Source: an uncultured Methanosarcinales archaeon (GTDB taxonomy: Archaea; Nanobdellota; Nanobdellia; Woesearchaeales; JACPBV01). From it: DNA of 35,017 bases. Numbering within the stretch: the first letter of the stretch is position 1; the number at the start of each line of letters is the position of its first letter. Below the pieces are notes generated by a model, which saw only the letters and a list, made by a program, of their open reading frames with translations, was not told the DNA's origin and made no database searches. The translations under genes were made by a program, and so were the position numbers. The DNA lies in assembly GCA_964492935.1 (NCBI GenBank), contig CAZBLF010000011.1, positions 1 through 35,017 on the forward strand, read 5' to 3'. This document shows positions 27,401-35,017 of this stretch, one piece after another.

Positions 27401-27593
27401 GTTGCTTTACTCTTCATCAACGCTGAGTTGAGCAGTGGATGCTGCTTCGCATCACAACACGGTGCGATTATGAAATTTCTTCGAATTTTCATGCACCTCA
27501 ATGGGTTCTTAAAAATCGGAAATTTTTGGAACCCCCAGAAATCACTCGTGATTTCTCGTGGGCGTCAGCGTTGCTGATTACTCTTCATCAACG
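27401..27593. mobile_element. Putative non-autonomous structured insertion (MITE-like or ncRNA)
   Basis: 16-bp direct repeat TTACTCTTCATCAACG (27407-27422, 27578-27593); 13-bp inverted ends (12/13 match); four internal hairpins. Confidence 0.65.
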
Positions 27594-27859
27594 GTAAACA
27601 GTTGATTGTCGCCGCCAACATCGAACAATCCGGTTCTTGCCCCACAATCAAGCCAGCCGTGTGCGTAGTTGACGCAGGCAAACGCATTTACAAAATCGCC
27701 TTTAGAATGAAAATGGAGTGCGTCTTGATAGTAGCGGGTTGCCATATCAAGAGCGTCCTCTGCTTTTTCTTTTGCTGCAGAAATAATCTTTACTTTAGCT
27801 AGGGCACGCTTTGTAATATCTAGGTAGCGCGTAATCTTAGCAGGAGTGATTTCCTTCAT
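27578..27859 (-). CDS. DUF357-family protein
   Basis: MATRYYQDALHF..KGDFVNAFACVNYAHGWLDCGARTGLF. Confidence 0.88.
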   Translation of the reverse strand: MKEITPAKITRYLDITKRALAKVKIISAAKEKAEDALDMATRYYQDALHFHSKGDFVNAFACVNYAHGWLDCGARTGLFDVGGDNQLFTVDEE

Positions 27860-27861
27860 GG

Positions 27862-28128
27862 TTACTCTTCTGCTTTTACGGGTGCTTTTGTGCTTTTTTC
27901 GGGCGCTCCATAGCCTTCCACAACAGGAAGGGGGCGGGTTACGCTGATAGGCACTACACCTGCTTCGAATTCCTTCTTGGCAATCTCGACGGGGTTGTAC
28001 TTCAACTCCTTGAGATCTTTCTCTTCCAATTTGATGAGGAAGGGTGCACCAGAAGAGATCTGAAGAGCGCGAGCTCCGATGATCCTTGCGATTTCGTACT
28101 TGGTTAGCTTTTCTTTTTCTTCTGCCAT
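27862..28128 (-). CDS. rpoK: DNA-directed RNA polymerase subunit K (Rpo6)
   Basis: [22 protein letters not shown]...[17 protein letters not shown]. Confidence 0.95.
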   Translation of the reverse strand: MAEEKEKLTKYEIARIIGARALQISSGAPFLIKLEEKDLKELKYNPVEIAKKEFEAGVVPISVTRPLPVVEGYGAPEKSTKAPVKAEE

Positions 28129-28136
28129 CGTATCAC

Positions 28137-28916
28137 CTATTTATCAAGGACTGCTCGTAATTCCTTGGCTTTTTCTAATCCTAGATCAAGCATCTTATCA
28201 AGATATTCTGAACTGATAGGCTCGTCTCCACCTTTCTGGAGTGCACATAGATTTCCATCTTCCATGGAGACTACTGCTATACGAGAATCGACTACCTCTT
28301 CTTCCTCAGGTAGAGGATCTACAACAAGGTGTTTTCCAATCTTGCAGACGTTGACGAGAACGGGTGTATGATCTAGCGGTACATGCTCATCTGTCTTTTC
28401 CTTGTAGACGGGTTTTCCATCTACTACTTTAGGGAAGACTGCGTCCTGAACTGCTGCAAGGGCACCAAGTGATGCTGCATCAAACAGATTTCCTGCATCA
28501 TTTAGGGTGCAGACGTCGATAATAACGATCCAACATGATTCGCCTTCTTCGATGCAGAGTTTCTTGAAATCTATGCTATGAGATTCACGAATTCCACGAT
28601 CGATGACTCGAGCCATTTCGATTGCCTGAATACCAGGCGGTCCGGTTTCGAATTTTGGACTGGACAGTGGCAAGAGTTCGGTATTGATCATGATTGACCC
28701 TTGATCGGGTGAATCGGGGTAGGGTCTGCCGACTTCCAGCTTTACACCTACTAATACTTCGGTTTCGCCAATTTTTACACGTGCAGAACCTTCTGCGGTT
28801 TTGGTGAACCCTCGTTCAATACTGATGTCTTTTCTATATTCAGTTAGTTTGCGCCCATCTAATCGGGTTCCTGCATCTAACAGACTGATGATATGTGCTT
28901 TTTGACTTTCACTCAT
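28137..28916 (-). CDS. rrp42: Exosome subunit Rrp42
   Basis: [54 protein letters not shown]. Confidence 0.95.
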   Translation of the reverse strand: MSESQKAHIISLLDAGTRLDGRKLTEYRKDISIERGFTKTAEGSARVKIGETEVLVGVKLEVGRPYPDSPDQGSIMINTELLPLSSPKFETGPPGIQAIEMARVIDRGIRESHSIDFKKLCIEEGESCWIVIIDVCTLNDAGNLFDAASLGALAAVQDAVFPKVVDGKPVYKEKTDEHVPLDHTPVLVNVCKIGKHLVVDPLPEEEEVVDSRIAVVSMEDGNLCALQKGGDEPISSEYLDKMLDLGLEKAKELRAVLDK

Positions 28917-29625
28917 TTTTTTCACTTCCTGCATATTTTAGACGTAGTGCATCTTTTTGGATTTTGCTAATCTCGACACATGCCTTTTTTCCAAGTTCTA
29001 CAACCTTTACGAGGTCTTCCTTTGGAATGATTCCATCCATCTGCAATAGCGTTAGTTTTCCGGTTGCCGGAACCATTGCTATTGGGATGTCTGCAACATG
29101 TCCTCCGGGGTAGCTTTCTTCGGTGTAGTCGAGATCGACAACTAATTTGTCGTCTACTCGGCCAACTGAAACGGCTGCCACGATGTCTTTTACTTTCAAT
29201 CCTGCATCGGCTAATGCCATAGCAGCTGCATTAATGCCTGCGCATCTGCTGCCTGCTTCGGTTTCCGGTAGTTCGATGAATACATCGACTACTGAATTCG
29301 GATATTCAGATAAATCTAACGCAGGTAAGAGCGACTTAGCTGTTACCATAGAGATTTCTTTGCTTCTTCTACTGCCGCCTGGCCTTACACGATCTCCTAC
29401 ACTTGAGAAGGGCATCATGTTATAGTGGCACCGTAGAATCCCTTTCTGAGGGTTCTGCATAAAGCGCGGGTATAAGGTTCGAGGCCCATACACGGCTGCA
29501 TATGCCCAGGTATTTCCAAACTTGAAATATGCTGAGCCGTCTGCTCGCTTAATGACTCCTACTTTTGCTTCCATCGGTCTACAGTCTTCAAACTTTCGAC
29601 CATCAGCTCGTTCTTTGTAACTCAT
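28909..29625 (-). CDS. rrp41: Exosome catalytic subunit Rrp41
   Basis: RADGR, ADGSAY, AAVYGPR, SRRSKEIS, AGSRCAGINAA.MALADAG, LLQMDG. Confidence 0.95.
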   Translation of the reverse strand: MSYKERADGRKFEDCRPMEAKVGVIKRADGSAYFKFGNTWAYAAVYGPRTLYPRFMQNPQKGILRCHYNMMPFSSVGDRVRPGGSRRSKEISMVTAKSLLPALDLSEYPNSVVDVFIELPETEAGSRCAGINAAAMALADAGLKVKDIVAAVSVGRVDDKLVVDLDYTEESYPGGHVADIPIAMVPATGKLTLLQMDGIIPKEDLVKVVELGKKACVEISKIQKDALRLKYAGSEKNE

Positions 29626-30317
29626 GCTTTCACCTTTACTTGTTCATCGAGGAATTTCCCAATAGCTTCCGTTAATCCTGCAATATGGGCTTCAGCTTCG
29701 ATTTTTTTAATTGTGTTTTGTGCTAGTAATTCCATGTCGGGTTTGCCGGAAATCCAGACTAAGCCGTTTTGACCTACTGAGATTTTACAACCTGTTTTTT
29801 CCTTGATCAGGCCTACCATGCTTCCCTGTTTGCCAATGATACGTGGCACTTTGTTGGAATCTACTTTGATGACGCGTCCACCGGTGAGTTTCATAAGACC
29901 GGGGCCTTTCATCGTAACATCGATAAGCATCTGGCTGGTAACGTTGGTTACGCCGCACAGAATGTAATCTCCGATGCTGTGGTACTTACTTAAATCTGCT
30001 CCACGCTGGATGTAGTCTGAGCTTCCGTCTCGCAACGAAAGCATTGCTGGGTATGCAGAATTGGTTTCTACATTCCATCCATTCATGGTGATGTTGAAGA
30101 CTTTTGCAATGATTAAGTCATCTCTCTGGGGCACGTAGGCTCCGGAAAGGGGGATTAATTTTACGGTTCGTCCATCAACTTTTACTACGCCAATACGCTC
30201 TGCGTAAATAGCTTGTGCTTCTCGGTATGTTCCATAGCCGGGAAGAATGTCCATTCCCTCAACGAGTTTATCGCCGGGGACTACAATATCTTTATTTTTT
30301 ACTTTAATTTCAGTCAT
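29622..30317 (-). CDS. rrp4: Exosome RNA-binding subunit Rrp4
   Basis: VVPGD, IPLSGAYVP, KVPRIIGKQGSM (KH domain), VGQNGLVWI. Confidence 0.95.
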   Translation of the reverse strand: MTEIKVKNKDIVVPGDKLVEGMDILPGYGTYREAQAIYAERIGVVKVDGRTVKLIPLSGAYVPQRDDLIIAKVFNITMNGWNVETNSAYPAMLSLRDGSSDYIQRGADLSKYHSIGDYILCGVTNVTSQMLIDVTMKGPGLMKLTGGRVIKVDSNKVPRIIGKQGSMVGLIKEKTGCKISVGQNGLVWISGKPDMELLAQNTIKKIEAEAHIAGLTEAIGKFLDEQVKVKA

Positions 30318-30324
30318 TTTTTCC

Positions 30325-31074
30325 TCATTTCTTCTTATTTTTTTTAAGTGGTTTAGTTTCCCCGATGATTCTCATTAGGGATTCCTTAGCGAATTTCTTA
30401 AATTTCTTTTCGCTTGTTTTGATGTAGGCTGCGTCGATTCTTTCTGCGGAGAAGTTTTCTCCTAAGGCATTTTGTAATGCTTTCAGACAAAGCTGCAGGC
30501 CTTCTTCAATCGTTAATTCGGGTTTGTATTCTTTGTGTAGAATTTCCTCGATTTCTACTTCCTGCTCGCCAATAACGGAAGCTCGATACTCGAAATAGAT
30601 TCCCGTAGGATCGGTTTCGAATAATCTTGGAGTTTTATCATCGATGCCGCCAACCAATACACTCACTCCAAACGGTCTTAGGCCACCGGATTGGGTGCAG
30701 ATTTGCTTAAGATTAGCGATGTCTTTCACTACGGAAATAACATCGATTGGAGAATCATAGGTTACTTTGTTTTGCTGTGCTTTTAATTGAGCACGTTCGA
30801 TGAGTACTCTAGCATCCGATAAAATACCGGATGCGGTTGCGCCCATGTGATCGTCAATTTGCCAGATCTTTTCAACTGATTCCGGCACCACGAGTGAATC
30901 GACAATGCGTTTGTCGGCTACGAAAAGTAATCCATCTGCGCAGACAATACCGATTGCGGTACTTCCTTGGCGGACTGTCTTTTTAGCGTACTCAACTTGT
31001 AAGAGTCTTCCATCTGGGCTGAACATCGTGATTGCACGATCATATCCCATTACTTGGTGTGGCATTGGTTCCAT
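30325..31074 (-). CDS. psmA: Proteasome alpha subunit
   Basis: GYDRAITMFSPDGRLLQVEYA, GSTAIG, TQSGGLRPFGVS, LFETDP. Confidence 0.97.
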   Translation of the reverse strand: MEPMPHQVMGYDRAITMFSPDGRLLQVEYAKKTVRQGSTAIGIVCADGLLFVADKRIVDSLVVPESVEKIWQIDDHMGATASGILSDARVLIERAQLKAQQNKVTYDSPIDVISVVKDIANLKQICTQSGGLRPFGVSVLVGGIDDKTPRLFETDPTGIYFEYRASVIGEQEVEIEEILHKEYKPELTIEEGLQLCLKALQNALGENFSAERIDAAYIKTSEKKFKKFAKESLMRIIGETKPLKKNKKK

Positions 31075-31090
31075 TTTTGTTATTCCCCCT

Positions 31091-31381
31091 TTATGCAGTT
31101 AGGAACTTTTTTTCGGCAACCCTTAAGATACCGGACGTTCCTAACGTTTTAAATTCCCTTGTAGCGTTCATTGCTTCGATAAATGATTTTGCATGTTTAT
31201 TTGTGATGCGTACCATTGCTTTGTTGTTTACTACTTTTATTACTTTCATTTTGGTATCGTCTTGTGTCATAGCTTTTGCTAGCTTCCACAAGCTCTTTTC
31301 TATTGATTGTTTATCTTGTATTTTACTCATTTCAAAGACGATGTATCTCTTTTTTGGTCTTTGCGAGGGCTTCAGTTTCAT
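31091..31381 (-). CDS. RNase P protein Pop5/Rpp14 family
   Basis: KPSQRPKKRYIVFE and TLGTSGILR; conserved position before psmA. Confidence 0.85.
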   Translation of the reverse strand: MKLKPSQRPKKRYIVFEMSKIQDKQSIEKSLWKLAKAMTQDDTKMKVIKVVNNKAMVRITNKHAKSFIEAMNATREFKTLGTSGILRVAEKKFLTA

Positions 31382-31466
31382 TTGAGCCGGTGAGAAACTA
31401 GTTGTTCTCTCGTTTTTCTTCTCACGTAGGTTTGAGGGGTCATATTGCGTTTATAAATGCATCGTT

Positions 31467-32159
31467 TTAACTACTTTCTTGAGATGCTGCTCTTGCTATA
31501 TATCTGCCAATGTTTTCTGCATCTAGTCTATGGTAGTCGATCTGGCGGTTGTAGCCTTGTGCTTGTGCGGCTTGGATACATGCTTCTGGCATGAATGAAA
31601 TATTAACTCCCTCTGGCTCTAGGATGTAGACCGCGGGATTTCTATTATTGTGTCTCCCAATTCTCATTGCGTTAACAATTGCTTGACTACCTGAATTGCC
31701 CACCCCGCTGAGGACTGCTATGTGCACTTGATATTGCTGCAAGATATCTAGATTAATAGCAGATGTTATAAAATCGTCTAACGGAAAATTACTACTCTTA
31801 ATTCTTCCTTCTATCATTAGTTTCAAGTTTTGGGCGTCGGGTTCTAGGTGTGAATACCATTTTGCCGGGCAGATGTTTATCGCTCCTTCTTGAATCGATA
31901 CCTGAGTGTTACTCACATCGTCTTCAATATCAGCGTCTTCAGGGAATAAGTGTTTGAATTGAAGCTTTGTATGTTTCCCAGCCAAGTAATCGGTGGTGAA
32001 ATCGGTCATGTAGGGTTCCGTGCTGTGGGCTCTAATGATTCCCGTAAGATTTCCATTCTCTGTCAAAGGACTTTTCTCAAGGGCTTTCAAAAAACCCGGA
32101 AGATGATTTTTTATTCCTCCTGCTGACATTCCTAGTATGAACAAATGCTCTTTTGACAT
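31467..32159 (-). CDS. Hypothetical protein (alpha/beta-like)
   Basis: 230-aa ORF; no recognised family. Confidence 0.65.
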   Translation of the reverse strand: MSKEHLFILGMSAGGIKNHLPGFLKALEKSPLTENGNLTGIIRAHSTEPYMTDFTTDYLAGKHTKLQFKHLFPEDADIEDDVSNTQVSIQEGAINICPAKWYSHLEPDAQNLKLMIEGRIKSSNFPLDDFITSAINLDILQQYQVHIAVLSGVGNSGSQAIVNAMRIGRHNNRNPAVYILEPEGVNISFMPEACIQAAQAQGYNRQIDYHRLDAENIGRYIARAASQESS

Positions 32160-32235
32160 ACCCTTAGAGTTAGAACTGTAGTTAAAAGGTTAACTTTGGC
32201 AAACATTAATAAGTTGAGTTAGCGTCTTCTTTGGT

Positions 32236-33105
32236 ATGGATGAAGCGGTGGTTGCGGCGGTTAGAAAACATTTCCCTACGTCTTCTGTTACTAAGGTAAG
32301 TCGCTATGAAAAGGGCATTATGAACGCTACGTACAAGGTAGAGATGAGTTCTCCTGCAAACTTAGTGGTATATCGATCGTATCGTCGCGAGGGGTGGAAG
32401 GCGGCGAAGGAACAGTATCTGTACACGTTGATTCGCGATAGAACTACGGTGCCGGTGCCAGAGGTGCTGGCCAAGGGTAAGGACTACAGTATTTTGTCGC
32501 ATGTTGCTGGTAGGGAGTTGGATGTTACTGATTCTAAATTAGTGTTTTCTGCTGGGGCGATGCTTGCTAAGATTCATTCTCTCCGCATGCCTTCGTTTGG
32601 ATGGATTATTGGAAATGCGATTGAACCTTCTTTTTCCGATTGGGAAGCGTTTGTACGGTTTGATACGGAACATAAGCTTTCGAAGTTGCCGCATTCTACC
32701 GAGCATGAGGAGATTAAGGAAAGAATCATGGAGTTGCTGGATGAATCTTCTGATTTGCTTGAAATTGAGGTGCGACCGTGCTTGGTACACAAGGACTATC
32801 ATGCATCGCATATTTTGGTTGGTGAAGGTCGAATAACTGGCATTATCGATGTGGAATGGGCGATTGCGGGGCATCATGAATTGGATTTGGTGAAATCTTG
32901 CGAGTGGATGTTTACTTCTTCTGATATGGAGGAGGTGTTCTTGGATGGTTATCGTTCGGTGGGTTCGATAAGTCCCGAATATTCTAATCGTAAGAAATTG
33001 TATCGGATTTTGATTTTGTTATCGTCGCTTGTTATTTCGTATGATTGCAATAATGCTGAGCGGTGTCATGAGAATAGAGAACGGTTGCAGCAGTTGTTAG
33101 ATTAA
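32236..33105 (+). CDS. Aminoglycoside-phosphotransferase-like kinase
   Basis: GIMNATY, KE, VPVPEVL, IHS, LVHKDYHASHIL, GIIDVEWA..G...LDL. Confidence 0.88.
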   Translation: MDEAVVAAVRKHFPTSSVTKVSRYEKGIMNATYKVEMSSPANLVVYRSYRREGWKAAKEQYLYTLIRDRTTVPVPEVLAKGKDYSILSHVAGRELDVTDSKLVFSAGAMLAKIHSLRMPSFGWIIGNAIEPSFSDWEAFVRFDTEHKLSKLPHSTEHEEIKERIMELLDESSDLLEIEVRPCLVHKDYHASHILVGEGRITGIIDVEWAIAGHHELDLVKSCEWMFTSSDMEEVFLDGYRSVGSISPEYSNRKKLYRILILLSSLVISYDCNNAERCHENRERLQQLLD

Positions 33106-33660
33106 ATGACCCATTTTGTCTTTCTTGGTTTGCATGTATTCTTTCGAGTGTTCGGTTGGATCTGTAATTAAAGAGACACGCTCGCTTATTTCTATGCCTT
33201 CTGCTTCTAGGGATTTAATTTTATCGGGATTGTTGGTTAAGAGTCTTACTTTGGTGATGTTGAGTTCCTTTAGGACGTCGGCTGCGCATTGAAATGAGCG
33301 TTGGTCGGGTTTGAATCCTAATTCCTCATTTGCTTGGACGGTGTCGCGGCCTTGCTCTTGTAGGGCGTAGGCTTTGATCTTGTTTGCTAGCCCTATGCCA
33401 CGACCTTCTTGGTTGAGATAGATGATGATGCCGCCTTGCTTGCCGATCTGCTTTAATGAGGCTTCTAATTGGGCGTGGCAGTCGCATTTTTTTGAGTGGA
33501 AGGTGTCTCCGGTCAGACATTGAGAATGAATTCTTACTAGCGGATTGTCTTGATAGGGTTCTTTTGATAATACGGCATGTTCCTTTTCCCCTGTCTTGTA
33601 GACGGTAATGGTGAAGTCTCCGTACTCGGTGGGAAGGTTGGCTTGTGCTGCTTTTTCCAT
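33097..33660 (-). CDS. ribA: GTP cyclohydrolase II
   Basis: LPTEYG, VRIHSQCLTGD, CDC, QEGRGIGL.NK, LLTNNP.K, KMGH. Confidence 0.95.
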   Translation of the reverse strand: MEKAAQANLPTEYGDFTITVYKTGEKEHAVLSKEPYQDNPLVRIHSQCLTGDTFHSKKCDCHAQLEASLKQIGKQGGIIIYLNQEGRGIGLANKIKAYALQEQGRDTVQANEELGFKPDQRSFQCAADVLKELNITKVRLLTNNPDKIKSLEAEGIEISERVSLITDPTEHSKEYMQTKKDKMGHLI

Positions 33661-33736
33661 GTGCCTTGAGATACTGATTTTTATTTAAAGGTATGGCATC
33701 ACAAGATTTATATATTCAATTTGTCAAAAGTGGGTT

Positions 33737-33961
33737 ATGAAGAAGGTGTTGTTACTGATGTTGTTGCTTGTTGCTAGTTTTGCTTTTGCTGAGGAGGTTG
33801 CTGATGCTGAGCATGTTGAGGCTGCTGCAGAGGAGCATGTGGAGAATTCGCATGCTGAGGACGATCATGAGGAAGAACACAGTAATGTAGGTTATATTAT
33901 TCTGGTATTTGTTGCTATCGTCGGCGGACGCTATTATTTGAAAAGTAAGGCTCGAAAATAG
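33737..33961 (+). CDS. Small membrane-anchored exported protein with a His/Glu-rich ectodomain
   Basis: Signal peptide (AFA), HVE..HVENSHAEDDHEEEH, C-terminal TM helix plus basic tail. Confidence 0.7.
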   Translation: MKKVLLLMLLLVASFAFAEEVADAEHVEAAAEEHVENSHAEDDHEEEHSNVGYIILVFVAIVGGRYYLKSKARK

Positions 33962-33995
33962 TTCTTGATTAAAAAAATAAAAAAATAAAAGAATA

Positions 33996-34169
33996 TTAGT
34001 CTTCAGAACTTTCGTCCTGATCTTCTTCATCTTCTTCAGAAGCGTCTTCGTAACCTTGCATGAACGCTTCTTCTCCTGCGCTCATCTCGTCACTCTCGAC
34101 AAGATCCTTACGGCCTGCTTCATCGTAGATGGTTTCGCCCATCTCTTCTTCTATAATTTCGTCTGACAT
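33996..34169 (-). CDS. Small acidic hypothetical protein
   Basis: MSDEIIEEE...IYDEAGRKDLVESDEMSAGEEAFMQGY; GGGGT SD-like sequence and TATA upstream. Confidence 0.7.
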   Translation of the reverse strand: MSDEIIEEEMGETIYDEAGRKDLVESDEMSAGEEAFMQGYEDASEEDEEDQDESSED

Positions 34170-34410
34170 GAAATACCCCAAAATTAATTTCTCTGGGGAT
34201 GTATAAAAAGGTTTCTTTAATGTTTATATAAAAAAGAGAAGTCGATTGCTTTCTTAATTGTTTAACGAGTAAATAATGGACCCCTCCATCCGTATTCTTA
34301 TTCTATTGAAGGATTTCTGAGTAAACAATCATGTGATTGTTTGGGAAGTTCGCATGATGGGGTTTCTATTCAGTCAGAAATCGGTAGTACAGAAGAGTAG
34401 AGGCAAACTT

Positions 34411-35016
34411 CTAAACTTCCTTATAACCTTCATGAGTATATTGATACTTTCCAGAACCAATTCTATATTTCGAGGGGATTTTATAATTTAGTTTTTTAAT
34501 CCAATATGCTCTATTAGGGTACTCTACACTAAATCTACTAAATCCTATTTGTTTTGCTAATTTTTCTACAAATAATGCGCATTTAGTTCCTATTCCTTTT
34601 CCATGAAATGATTTTTCAACATTGATATAATCCCATATAAACAAATTTTTGTTAAAATTTAACGTAAAAATAAATTGAGTATCTCTCCAAGATTGAAAGA
34701 TACCATAATAACTCAATTTTCTTGGATCATAGTTAGGCGAAAATCTCTTGCTCAAATAATTGACTTTAATAAGTCCTTTTTTCTCTTCAGTAATCCTAAT
34801 AGCATCTGTTTCATGATAAATATGCAATTTCTCTAATTCCCTCTTGACATATTTGATTACGGACTTGGGTTTTTGGATAGGTTTAGCTTTTTTAATTTCC
34901 CGTTCTAATAAATCCCTTAATCCCTTCAACATTTTAACAACTATTTTTGACCAATTTTTCTCTTTCTTTACACAAATCAAATCTTGGATCAGTTTTTTAG
35001 TTGAAATATCGTATGC
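34411..35016 (-). CDS. Protein with a C-terminal GNAT acetyltransferase domain (5'-truncated by window)
   Basis: INVEKSFHGKGIGT motif A; frame open to the window edge; AT-rich. Confidence 0.75.
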   Translation of the reverse strand, partial: AYDISTKKLIQDLICVKKEKNWSKIVVKMLKGLRDLLEREIKKAKPIQKPKSVIKYVKRELEKLHIYHETDAIRITEEKKGLIKVNYLSKRFSPNYDPRKLSYYGIFQSWRDTQFIFTLNFNKNLFIWDYINVEKSFHGKGIGTKCALFVEKLAKQIGFSRFSVEYPNRAYWIKKLNYKIPSKYRIGSGKYQYTHEGYKEV

Positions 35017-35017
35017 T

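Noticed and set aside
27380..27577. 65-aa ORF across the structured element
   Set aside because: No protein-like features; the region is explained by nested palindromes
31032..31385. 117-aa hydrophobic plus-strand ORF
   Set aside because: Antisense to Pop5; hydrophobicity arises from reverse-complemented Lys/Glu codons

Overview
Gene-dense archaeal chromosome segment. Gene content, TATA-box promoters, BHB tRNA introns and the mix of archaeal and bacterial-type genes suggest a DPANN archaeon (Woesearchaeota-like; inference). It carries an aspS-rdgB-macro-gatC-ppi-gatA-gatB cluster, dus, translin, an accessory stretch (8.6-15 kb) with a pair of APH-like kinase paralogues and several apparent gene lesions, a solo HPF-like gene, and a free-standing LAGLIDADG gene next to a two-intron initiator tRNA-Met. 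It also has an intron-containing tRNA-Ser, CDC48 with a ~190-aa insertion, the rps19e-PDCD5-rpl39e-rpl31e cluster, Cbf5 with a 513-aa LAGLIDADG intein, and the pop5-psmA-rrp4-rrp41-rrp42-rpoK cluster. The most unusual signals are a ~170-nt multi-hairpin element flanked by a duplication of a gene's 3' end (27.4 kb), a smaller element with a duplicated start codon before rpl39e, the Cbf5 intein, the CDC48 insertion, the kinase/truncated-kinase pair with an in-frame amber, and the doubly spliced tRNA-iMet. All calls come from reading motifs by eye; no searches were run.
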